From assembly GCA_963693365.1 (NCBI GenBank), contig CAVNZM010000002.1, forward strand, positions 12,456,328 through 12,520,327: 64,000 nt of DNA, in the 5' to 3' direction. Shown here in pieces: positions 52,664 to 64,000 of the stretch; position 1 is the first letter of the stretch; each line of letters starts with the position of its first letter. The notes beneath the pieces are model-generated. The model made no database searches. It was not told the origin of the DNA and saw only the letters and a program-made list of their open reading frames with translations. Made by a program: the position numbers and the translations under genes. This DNA comes from Amoebidium appalachense. Its lineage: Eukaryota > Protista > Ichthyosporea.

Positions 52664-53950
52664 ATGGATCCAAACAAAACTGGCGTAAACAAAATCACCA
52701 TGTGGAAAGGTGAAGGGAAGACTGGTCCCGATAGCAAAACTACCTATTTTCAATGGGAAATCATTTTTCTCGGCATGATGACCGGCACTAAAGGTGTCCG
52801 ACTCGTGGATGTTGTCCTTGCTGACAACTACGTCCCCCCTACCACCGTCGCGGTTGACGGTGAACCCCCCTTCTATGGCTACGGCACTACCGCGGAACTC
52901 AAAGAGGCCCGCAATTGCCTCCTGCTCCATATGATACAGAACATCGACCCTTCCGTCCTCACCACCGTTGCCCAGTACCGTATTGGCATGGACCCTGAAC
53001 GGGCCATGTGGAAATTCCGTCAACACTATCTCCAAGGCAAACCCGATCAGATCCGCATCCTTCACCGTCAGTGGGATGCCTGTGCCCTTCAGCCCGGTGA
53101 ATCATTCACCACCTACCTGAGCCGTCTGCAGACCATCGTGAACCAGCTCCAGTCTCTCCAAGATGAGTCCATTCACTTCACTCGTCTAGCTGAGAAGTTC
53201 TTCAATGAACTCACCACCAGAGACGACCTCACCCCTGAGTTCAATCGTCTTATCGAAGACTATCACTTCGGTGATAAGCTATTCCCCGACTTCGAGTCCC
53301 TCCATAACCACGTCAAGGGCATCGAGTTACGTCAAGACCTCAAGATGCAACTCCGGAACAACCGTGCCCACCGTGCCTCCAAGTCCAGCATGGCATTAAA
53401 TGCCAGTGCTCCCCCCCGTGATCTTCCTCGCCGTGACTTACGCACCCGACTTGACCGTACCCCTGGCACGGACCTCCGAACTCGTCTCTCCCGTCAGCAC
53501 ACCCGATCCCGTTCCCCCCACCGGCCTGCCTTCCGGTCCACGTCTCGTTCCCCCAGTCGTTCCCGTTTCTCGGGTTCCCGTCGTTCTGATTCCCCGGCTC
53601 GTTCTAACACCCCGTCCGTGAAAGAATGCTCCTACTGCCACGAGCCTGATCACACGATCATCGATTGCCCTGAGCCGAAATGCCGTATGTCCAGACACAA
53701 CCGTTCCCGTCAAGGCAGTGAGAAATCTGTCTCCTTTGCTTTCTCGGCATACAATGCTAGCTCCGTCCCCGTGTCCTCCGACCCTGCCTGGGATTCCGGG
53801 TGCAACATGACTGTCTGCCCCACCCGTGAGTTCTTCCATGACCTCACTCCCCTTCCGACACCGACTCCCGTTGCTGCCTTCAATGGCACCCCCGTCTTGG
53901 CCACTCACACCGGCCACGTCATCAACACCACCACCGACCATGGCACTGCC
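52664..53950 (+). CDS. gag: Copia gag and start of protease (family B), interrupted by the family A LTR
   Basis: CSYCHEPDHTIIDC knuckle, WDSGC; the ORF ends in LTR-derived CHLHLILSKT. Confidence 0.88.
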
Positions 53951-56900
53951 TGTCATCTTCACTTAATTCTCAGCAAGACTTAGAAGTTGAGTTTGGTATT
54001 TATTTATTAGTTGTTGTAGTTTGTTTCCTTTTCCTTTCTTCATTTCTTTCTTTCTTTTCCGTTTCCGTGTACACGACATCTTAGATCTGTGTACGTATCG
54101 ACATACTTAGCTCGCGCACACGTATTGTCGTTTGCGTCAAAATCTATATATGTCATCCAATCATATCTCGTTTGTATTTTCCCAAATATAGTAACTTACA
54201 TTCCTTTCTCATTCCTTTCCCACGACGTAGCATTGTGCTATGTTCTTCAACTATTAGGAAAAAAAATTATATTTAGACGTGTTATGATAAGAACATGTAT
54301 AAATATATGTTATGAATTAATAGTTACATAAGTGGTTTCATTTTATTAAATGTTTCCGTGCTTTTATTAGAAGTTTCTTTCATTAGAGGATTGAGTTTTA
54401 TATTCTAAATGTCGACAGACATTTTATTCGATATATTTTACACTCATAGTTTTCATTCTTTTGATTGGTTTATCGTTTCACATTCCCAAGTATAAAAGGG
54501 ACCTCATCTTGAAATAAATCACAAGCAGTCGTATTCACTTCCTATGGTTCCAGAAATCGTTCCTCCTCTCCGGTTGTGTTTTTCCCGTGTGTCTTTGTGT
54601 TGTGTTTTACATAACACCCATCTGTGCTCTCTGCTTCTCCGTTTACCCACACAAAATAACAGGTTTACGGCCCCTTTGCACGCTAACACACAATCTCGCT
54701 ACAACCGCGAAAATCTCTCAGTCTTACTGCTTCAATCATGACTGACAAACCGTCGTATATCAACCTTCCAATATGGAATCCGTCCGAGAAACGAGACGAG
54801 AAACGTCTTAATTATTTCGAGTGGGAGCCACTCATTCACCGGTTCATTAGAACCACCATTGCCGAGAAATTCGTTGACGCTATCAAGAGGCCACAGTGGG
54901 TTGACGGCGCTGAAGCCAACCAGTGGCTAGGCTACACCACCAAGGACTCCTACAAGAAAGCTTCCGACGTCCTCGACCAGATCCTCAACCAGTCCGTCCA
55001 CCCGACCGAGCTCTACGACTCCGGCCGGATGCAAGACGGTGTCCACGGTGGTGAAGTCTTCCACAACCTACGTATGGCGTATGTAGCAGAGAAGGAGGCC
55101 CGAGTCACCCAGATTCAAGTCACCTTCGAGGAGCTTGAACTACGAGACTACCCCAACGTCACAGCATACCTCACCCGTCTCCAACGTCTGGCTACGACAC
55201 TTGCCTGCCTCGACGAACCCGTCCAGCACAAGGATGTCGTACGTAAGTTCTTCCTCCACATCCGGAAGAACACAGCCCTGGTCTGCCCCGACATTGAACG
55301 TCTCTGCTCCGACTACTGGATGAACAACAAGGCCTACCCGTCCTTCAACATGCTCATCAGTGACATCCGAGGAGCTGAAATCCGTGCCGGCCTCATCGAC
55401 GCAGGCACAGGTGCAACCGTCAACAACCGTCCCCTCCGTGCACTCCAGAGCAGAGTGCTTCCCCCCGGTGACCTCCGTAACCGTATTCCTCGACGTGAGC
55501 ATACACCTCACCGTTCCCCGTCCCGTTCCCGTGATCCTCGTCCTCCCTCCAAGTCACCCGGCCCCCGTTCAACTTCCCCTTACCACCGTGGTAACAGGGA
55601 CAACCGTAACCGACAGCACAACACCAACAGTGTGAAGTGTTCCTACTGCCATGAGCCCCACCACATCACAGCATGCCCGGAGCCTGGCTGCACAGTTGCT
55701 CGTCGTGCCAAGCAGGAGAAAGGTGACAAGAGTGTGAAATTTGCACTCATCTCCTCCACCGGCACACCTGACAGTAACGACCCCGTCTGGGACAGTGCTT
55801 GTAATGCACACATCTGCCCCATCAAGGAGTATTTCTCCTCCCTTACCCCCGTGTCCTCCCACCCCCATTCACGGCCTCGGCACAGTCAATGCCAAACAAC
55901 GTGGCATCATCAACATGACACTGCACTACAACGGCCACCCAACACCGTGCAGCATCAATGCTTACTACGTACCCGAGGCACCGTCTTTCCTCGTGTCTAC
56001 CTCCATGGCATCAGCTGCCGGCCTCCTAGGTCATTGTGACGATACAGACAACCACCCGTCGTTCCTCTACAGCCGTAATGGTGACATTATTACAGATCTC
56101 ACCCCCCTCGACGGTCTCTACTACATCACTGACTATGTGATTGAGACTCCTAAACACCCGGGGGTCCAAGCCTACACAGCAAGGACTCAACCACCCGACG
56201 ACCTCACCCTTTGGCACAACCGTCTCGGCCACCGTGCCCTCTCCACCGTCACCAGGATGGCCAAGGATGAGCTTGTCATCGGCATGCCCCCCTCCCTCAA
56301 GTCACCCGACAACAGTGACTGCTTCGGCTGCATGTCTGGCAAGACCACCAAGGCCCCCTTTCCCGGCACCCGTTCCAAGTTCACCATTCCCGGTGCTAAG
56401 TGGCACCTGGACTTCTTCGAAGCTCCCTGTGCTTCCTACGGAGGCTACAAGGTTGCTCTGGTGTGTGTTTGTGATGCCACCGGTTACACCACCGTGTTCC
56501 CCCTTTACAACCGTGGTGAAACCCTCAGCCACATTCAGTCTCTCGTTGAAACCATCGAACGTCAGACACCTGAGATCGTCACCCATCTTCGGTTTGACTC
56601 CGGCTCTGAGTTCACCTCCAAGGACACCGAGGCCTACTGCAAGCAGAAAGGCATCATCATGGAGTTTGCCCCCGTCGACACACCACAACACAATGGTGTT
56701 GTTGAACGGAAGATGAGAGAACTGCAAGAGACAGTCCGTTGCTTCCTCCATGCCGACAAGGACCAACCTCTCTCTCCCAAGTTGTGGGTTGCTGCTCTCA
56801 AGCATACAAGCTACATCATCAACGTCACACCGTCATCTGCTGCCAACGGCAACACTCCCTTCGAGGCCTTCCACGGCTTCAAACCCGACGTCTCCCAGCT

Positions 56901-57697
56901 CCACGTGTTCGGCTCCCCTGCCTATGTGCATGTTCCCCGGTCAAAGAGGAACAAGCTGGCATCAACCGTCAGAGTCGGCACCTACGTCGGCTGGGACCTA
57001 CCCTCCAAGGCACACAAGATCCTCGACCATGCCTGCAACCAAATCAAGATCTGCCGTGATGTGATCTTCGACGAGTCGAAATTCACGGGCAGCACCAATC
57101 AGGTCTCCGTTCCCCCCAAACCCGATCTGCCGACATTGGACCCCCCCTCCGACGACGACGATGAAACTCCGTCTGTGGTCATCTCCCAACCGTCCTGGCA
57201 CAACCAACCAGCCCCGGTTGAACCCGTGCCTCCCCCGAGCCCCCCCCCCACTGGCCAACAACCCTTGCTGCCGGCCCCCCCGTTGCTGTGCACAACCCGC
57301 ACAGACCCGCCCGTCCCCCACCTCCACCGCCACGCACACACCGAGCCCCCCCACCACGGACCCCACCCGCCCCCGCCCCCCCCCCCCCCCCCCCCACCCC
57401 ACCACCCCCCAATCTCCCTCACTGCCCCCCTCCCCCCCCCCCCCCCCCCCCTACCACCACCACCTGCCCCCTCCCCACACCAAGCACCGACCAACACACA
57501 CCCACAACCACACCCCCCCCCCCCCCCCCCCCCCCTTTTTTTTACCCTCCTCCTCTTCCGTCTGGCTTTGCTTCTTCGTTTTTTTCTCCCGGCTTCACCT
57601 TCAAGTCTTCTCCATTGTCTTCTGATGGATGACGGCACCTACTTACTACAAACAGAGAACCATCCAACTAGAATCTTATTTAAATAATTATTATTAT

Positions 57698-57732
<35 letters not shown>

Positions 57733-58030
57733 CGTTTGGAAGTTCATCATTTTTTTTAAATATAGTATATTTTTTTCCTTCCCAGATAAGTCTATATAAG
57801 AAAAAAATAATTAGATGAAAAAATAAAAAATTAAATAAATTTATTTGTTTATTATAGAGATAGGAAGAATTTGATTTTTAATATAGTTTTATTTTTTATT
57901 CGTCCATCCCAAGTATAAAAGGGACCTTTGAATTCAAGCAGGTTTCTTCTAGGTCGTTCCTCCTCTTTTGTTTTTTTTTTTGTTTGTTTCTACACCATTC
58001 TCTCTCTTCTCCGTTTACCCAAAATCTGCA
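53951..58030 (+). mobile_element. Ty1/Copia family A copy 2 (5' LTR, gag-PR-IN; 3' part garbled)
   Basis: LTR 53951-54661 and PBS 54662-54684. 54738-57290 is nearly identical to copy 1. 57550-58030 is a corrupted version of the 3' UTR and LTR. Confidence 0.85.
54738..57290 (+). CDS. gag-pol: Copia gag-protease-integrase (family A copy 2), 1-bp frameshift in a C-run near 55850
   Basis: ORFs 54738-56039 and 55741-57687 together reproduce the 40643-43216 protein. Confidence 0.85.
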
Positions 58031-58119
58031 CTTTTTCCCCACCCGTGATTCTTCTGACCTCACTCCTTCGACTCCGTGCTGCCTTCAATGGCACCCCCGT
58101 CTTGGCCACCCACCGGCCA

Positions 58120-61100
58120 TATCGTCATCAACACCACCACCGACCATGGCACTACCACCCTAACCATTGAAGCCTACTACACCCCGTCTGGCCAAGCCTT
58201 CCTCATTTCAACATCCCAAGCTGCTGCCGAATACATCAAGGGTGATTTGAACGATGCCTCCACTCCGTCATTCCTCTTCGACCGACTCACCGGCCGTCAT
58301 CTCGTCAACCTCCGTCTACACAACGGTCTGTATTACTTCAAGGACTACACCATTCAACCACCCACTCGTCCTGTGGCTCTGGCTGCCACTACCAGTGTTA
58401 ACCCATCCATCTGGCACCATCGTCTGGGGCACCGAGCTATGACCAGCATCAAGGACATGGTGAAACACGACCTTGTTATTGGTCTCCCCTCCTCTGTCCT
58501 CGACTGTGATGTTCCTGATTGTCATGGCTGCATTATGGGTAAGACCACCAAGGCTCCGTTCAGGGGTGACCGTCCTCACTCCAACATCCCCGGTCATGAA
58601 TGGCATTGGGATTTTTTTGAGCCTACCACAACATCGTACGGAGGTTCCAAGGTTGCTCTCGTCACTGTCTGCCGTGCCTCTGGCCTCGTCAAGATCTACC
58701 CGATGGCCGACCGTACCACCACCCTGGATATTCTCACAGCTCACACCAACCTCGTTGCCACCCATGCCCCCTCCAAAGTTGGTGTTTACCACTTCGACTC
58801 CGGCTCTGAGTTCACCTCCAAGGATACCCGTGCTTTTTGCCTCTCCCAGGGCATCAAGGCCAGCTATGCTCCGGTGGACTGCCCTCAACTGAACGGCTAT
58901 GTTGAACGACGTATGCGGTTCCTCCAAGAGATTGTCCGTTGCCTCCTCCATCAAGTCCAAGATCAGTCTCTGTCTCCCAAACTGTGGGCTGAGGCCCTCC
59001 AACATGCCGCCTACATCATCAACGTCACCCCGTCCACGACTGCCAATGGTCGTACACCATTCGAGGTTTTCTACGGTATCAAGCCCGACATCTCCGAGCT
59101 CAAAGTGTTCGGTTGCCCTGCCTACACTCACGTGCCAGCCTCTAAACGGAACAAGCTGGCCCCCACCGTCAAACTCGGCATGTATATCGGCTATGATCTT
59201 CAATCACACTGCCACCGGATCTTCAATGCCACCACCCATCGTGTCGGCCTCTTCCGTGATGTGATTTTCGACGAATCAGCTTATCTCCCGTCCGACATTC
59301 CATCAACCCTTCCGACCCCCGACACCACTGCTACCTCGACCACCCCACCCCCCACAGTTGACACTGAAGATGATGTTTGTCTGGTGTACTCTGGCCCCCC
59401 TCCTGCCATCGTCGTTCCCCCGACACCCCCCCCCCCACCGGCCCCCCTGCCCCCGTGCCCGTCCAGCCTGCCGACCCTCATCCTGCCCCTGGCAACGTCA
59501 CACCCATCCGACCCGGCTCCCCCGACAACTTCCACTCGGCCCCGTCCAGCCCGGAGGTTGCCCCCCTGCACTTCCGAACTTCCAAGTTCCCCCCCCACCG
59601 TCTCCACCTACCCCGGTTCCTGCACCCCGTCGTTCTGCCCGTCTCCAGGGCAAGGTTGGACTTCAAGCCACCACCACCCTGCCAGTCCCCCCCGGTCCCC
59701 CCATCAACATCGACCAACTACCCAAACTTGTCCGTCAACTCTGTTCCGGACCCAATGGTGATCAGGTCAAGTCAGCCCTGACTGCTGAGTATCAAGCCTT
59801 CGTCGACAAAGACATCTTTGAACTTGTTGACCCTCCCCCTGGTGCTAACATCGTCGGCTTCAAGTGGATTGTCTCCGAGAAAACTCTCAACTCGGCTGGT
59901 GACACCAAGATCAAGGCACGTGGTGTTGCTCAAGGCTTCAGTCAGCAATACGGTGTTGACTATGAGTTGATTGAGAGCCCTGTCATCCGTCCGGCTGCTC
60001 TCCGTGCCATCCTAGCTCTGGCCGTTGTTGAAGGTCATGACATACATCAACTCGACGTGTCTACGGCCTTTCTCAACAGCCCACTCACCGAGACCATCTA
60101 CATGAAACAACCCCCGGGATTCATCACCATGGCCACACTTGGCAAGGTCTGGAGACTCAAGAAAGCCCTGTACGGCCTCAAGCAAGCCTCCAAGGCTTGG
60201 TACGACTTCCTCGACGGCATTCTTCTTGCCCATGGCCTGACCCGTACTAAGACCGACCCGTGCATCTACCTCCGGTTCTTCCCCAACAACGATGTGGTAC
60301 GGGCTGGTAACTACGTCGATGACTCCACCATCACCAACACCCGGGGTTCTACTGCTGCCAGTGACCTGGCTGCCCACATCAGCAAGATGGCCAGCTGTCG
60401 TATGAGTCCATTTGACCGTATGCTCGGTGTTGATTTTAATCACTCTGATCCCCATCACCTCCACATGCACCAGAGGTCTTACATCATGGATATCATCCAC
60501 GACTTCAACCTCACCGATGCCAAGTCCAAGTCTACCCCCATCCCTGCAGGCACCACCGTCTCCCTGGCTGATTGCCCCCCCCCAACCGTTCACCGTGCCC
60601 TACCGTGAGTTACTCGGCCGTCTCCTCTGGGTGGCACGGTGCACACGTCCCGACATTGCCTATGCCATCGGCTTCCTTGGTCGGTTCAGCACCAACCCCG
60701 GCAAGACTCACTGGGACCTTCTCCGTCGTGTGGCCCGGTACCTGCTCGGCACCATTGACCTTGGCATTGACTACAAGTACTCGGCCACCCAGTCCCCCAT
60801 ACTCGAATGCTACACGGATGCTGACTTTGCTGGTTGTGCCGACAGCAAGAAGTCTACCACCGGCTACATTATCGTGTTTGCTGGTATGCCCGTCATCTGG
60901 TACTCCAAGCTCCAGCCCATCACGGCCACCAGCACCACTGAAGCTGAGCTGATTGCTCTCAATGCTGGCACCCAAGAAGTTGCTTGGGTCCGTGACCTCT
61001 TCAAGGAACTCGGCTGTCCCATGCTTGCTCCGACTCCGGTGTACTGTGACAACCAGTCGACCATTGCCATCGTCAACTCCACCGGCATCAAGCACCGTAC

Positions 61101-61275
61101 CAAACACATTGCCGTCCGGTATCACAACACCAAGGACTACATTGCCAGTGGGGACGTGGTTGTCCACTACGTTGAGTCAGCCCACAACTTAGCTGACATA
61201 CTCACCAAACCCCTCCCCGGCCCGAGTCATGTCCACCATCGTGCTCGACTTTGTTTACCGGATATTGTGGATTGA
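58120..61275 (+). CDS. pol: Copia pol (integrase-RT-RNase H) of family B, two frameshifts probably in C-runs
   Basis: HHRLGH..CHGC, FDSGSEF, NGYVER, YGVDY, DVSTAFL, LYGLKQA, YVDD, YTDADFAG and ADILTK across three overlapping ORFs. Confidence 0.88.
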
Positions 61276-62629
61276 CCCGACCTACTTCAAGAGTGATTTT
61301 CTCATGTGTACTACTTACTTTATCAACATCATTATATCATATGTATTGCCTTTGTGGGTATGCCCACTTAGGGTTTATATATAAGGTTTGACCCGTACCA
61401 TCACTCTACTCTATCTTTCACTGGTTCAAAACCCAGTTAATCAAACACCGCCTATACACGTTATATATATTCGTTGTTTTTGCCCCGGTTCCTTCCCCCC
61501 CCCTCCCCCCCTTCCCCCCCCTTCCCCCCCCCTCCCCCCCCCCTTCCCCCCCCCCCCCCCCCCCTCCCCCCCCCCCCCCCCGGAAAAGTACACACTTTAA
61601 ATTTTTTTTTTTTTCCGTTTCTGTTCTCAAGTGGGGAGATTTCACTAGTTCAGTGGGGATATGATAACACAAACTTCAAAGTCTTAAGTGGGGATGTTAT
61701 AATACGTAGTATTTACATATTGTAAGATCTTCTCAGTTCGTGTTATGTTTTCATTCATTTACTTAATGAAAAAGATGTGCTCCTTGTACGTAAATTATGA
61801 CATCGATCTCCAGTGTATTTGAGTACTTGTAATCGTGTTGTGTCGGCTATATTCGTGTGTTTAGATATCGATTACAGCAACTGATTATAGGTACACGAGT
61901 CTACCCAGTGAGGGAGACACGTGTACATGTTATGTGTACATGAATATCTTCGGTTATAACTGTGTTTTGCTGTTCGTGTTTTCTGTCCTGCTTTCTTTTC
62001 TTTTTCCTCTTTCTTCGTCTTTTCTTTTCTCTTTCTTTCTTCTCTTGTTTCCTTTCATTTAATTATATTTCTCTCTCACTAATATACGTTGAGTAGATTT
62101 ATATTACTCGTTATGTTTTGATTGGTAGAAAAACACTTAGGTTACACTTTAGCTTGTCAGGTATGATTCATAGCTTAGTCAACCACTTTTGTTTTGTGTG
62201 TTGCCGTACTATATCCAATCAGTGGACTTAGTCAGAAAATGTCTGAGTCTTTGTAGCCGATGATAGGTTAGAAACACCACCTCTTTCCTCGTTACTCTTC
62301 ACCTCTTTTCTTTCTTATAGCTGTGACCTATGGTGTGTGTTCCCGCGTCTCCGGATCTATCCGGGAAATAATCAGTTAATTATGATTGGTTATTTTAGAC
62401 ATAGATCTGATTTCCGACTGGTCGGAAATCATGTATGGATTTAACTTAAGGGAATTTCAGGTATTTATTAGCGATCAAAATAAATTGAGTTCAGTCGTGT
62501 CTAAACATTGATGTCTGTTGTGTACACTGCTCCGATCGTTCCGTGTTTTGTTGTTGTGTGTGTCTGTGGTGTTTTCACACTGCACCACTGTGTCTCTGCT
62601 TACATCCTAAATACTTATAGAATTTAACA

Positions 62630-63650
62630 AGTGGGCCGAGGGAGGGGGAGGTAGAACGAACGGAGGAGAAGCTCCCAGGCAGTCTTGGTGGGCTTGGAGC
62701 TGAATCGGCCGAGGTAGCCAATGGCATACGAGATGTCAGGCCGGGAGCACCGAGCAACCCACAGCAGACGGCCGAGGAGTTCACGGTAGGGGACGGTGGT
62801 GGGCAGGGATGAGTGGGCCCGGGAGGTCTCGTTGATGATGGTGCCCACGGGAATAGGGGTGGCCTTAGGCTTGGCATCGACCAGGTTGAAGTCGGTGATG
62901 ATGTCCTTGATGTAGGAGGACTGCAGCAGCTTGAGGGAGTCACGGGTGTACAGCAGTTGGGTGCCGAGGAAGATGTCTGGCAGACCGACCTTGCACTCGG
63001 CAGACTTCGTGATGTGACGAACAAGCCCCTGCATGATGGTGGAGTTCCGTGTGCAGGTGATGATGGCATCATCAACGTAGTTGCCCGAACGGATGATGTG
63101 CCCGTTGGGGAACTGACGGAAGTAGACACACGGATCGGAACGGAGACGGGTGAGGCCGTGGGCAATGAGAATGGAGTTGAAGAACTCGTACCATGCCAGG
63201 GATGCCTGCTTGAGTCCGTAGATGGCCTTCTTGAGTTTCCAGACTTTGTGTTCATTGCCAGGGAGGATAAAACCAGGAGGTTGCTCCATGTACAAAGTCT
63301 CGTCGAGGGGGCTGTTGAGGAAGGCCGTGCTGATGTCGAGTTGATGGATCTCGTGGTCCTGTTGCACACCGAGGGCAAGCAGGGCACGGACGGAGGAGGA
63401 CATGACGACAGGGGAAGAGTTTTCACCGTAGTCAACACCGTAGACTTGGGTGAAACCCTTGGCCACACCACGACCCTTGATCTTGGTGTCACCAGCAGAG
63501 TTGAGGACCTTCTCCGTGACAATCCACTTGAATCGGATGATGTTGGCATCGGAGGGGGGCTCAACTACGTCGAAGATGTCCTTGTCGATGAAAGCCTTGT
63601 ACTCGGCAGTGAGGGCAGTCACCACTTCATCACCCTTGGTGCCAGAGCAC
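62630..63650 (-). pseudogene. pol: Copia RT (family C), interrupted
   Basis: YGVDY, DISTAFL, IYGLKQA, YVDD. Confidence 0.88.
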
Positions 63651-64000
63651 AGCTTCTGAATTCATTTGACCGGGGCAGCTGAGACACATCAAGGCTGGGT
63701 CGGGAGATGCTCACCATAGCCATAGCAGGCCGGGAGGAGAGACGGGAGGAACGACGGGGAACGGTACGGAGGGGCTCAGGGGCCGGGGGGTTGTCTGTGA
63801 CAGACACTCGGTGGTCGGGGATGGGGGCCTGGAAGCCAGGGATGGGTGCCGTGTTGAGGGGGGAGTCGGATAACACGGGGCTGGACGGGGCCGAGTGGAA
63901 CTCCGGAGACCCAGGACGAACCGGGGTGAGATGACCAGGTACGTGGTCATTGACGGCAGGGGCCGGCAGCAGGGGTTGCTGACCGGTGGGGGGGGGGGGG

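Larger units (their letters stand above)
51667..62629 (+). mobile_element. Ty1/Copia family B, full length, containing a family A insertion
   Basis: 935-bp LTRs at 51667-52601 and 61695-62629, identical by eye. PBS GGTTATGCAGCCC at 52602. PPT AAGTGGGGA before the 3' LTR. TSD obscured by poly-G. Confidence 0.93.
49499..64000 (-). mobile_element. Ty1/Copia family C, split by the family B insertion and running off the window end
   Basis: 3' LTR ~49499-50430 (contains (AG)n), PPT TTGAGTGGGGA at 50431-50441, 3' UTR homologous to family A, RNase H at 51149-~51655, RT resuming at 62630-~63650. Confidence 0.88.

Noticed and set aside
58316-63682. Long antisense ORFs over Copia pol
   Set aside because: Shadow frames caused by the C-rich codon bias.

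Overview
Eukaryotic, repeat-rich window with many (CA)n, (CT)n and poly-G/poly-C tracts; some stretches look like low-quality long-read consensus. The taxon cannot be determined from the sequence. Host content: a family of intronless single-pass membrane glycoprotein genes (intact at 4260-6254 + and 22883-25027 -, a truncated duplicate at 31199-32221 -, a 3' remnant at ~11.3-11.95 kb) and three tRNA-Ile(AAT) genes. Mobile content: three related Ty1/Copia families (one deleted copy with a TSD, a triple nest from 49.5 kb to the window end, two solo LTRs), DNA-transposon remnants, and a tyrosine-recombinase (DIRS-order, Ngaro/PAT-type split-direct-repeat) retrotransposon at 26018-33992. This YR element is the most notable feature. 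It encodes RT, RNase H and tyrosine recombinase in a single ORF and has no visible gag. It carries a near-identical 1.9-kb copy of its own downstream flank (host upstream region plus 5' half of the surface-protein gene). That copy is joined at an initiator-like TCAGTC motif in the element's A repeat, which suggests cDNA-mediated capture of a host gene.
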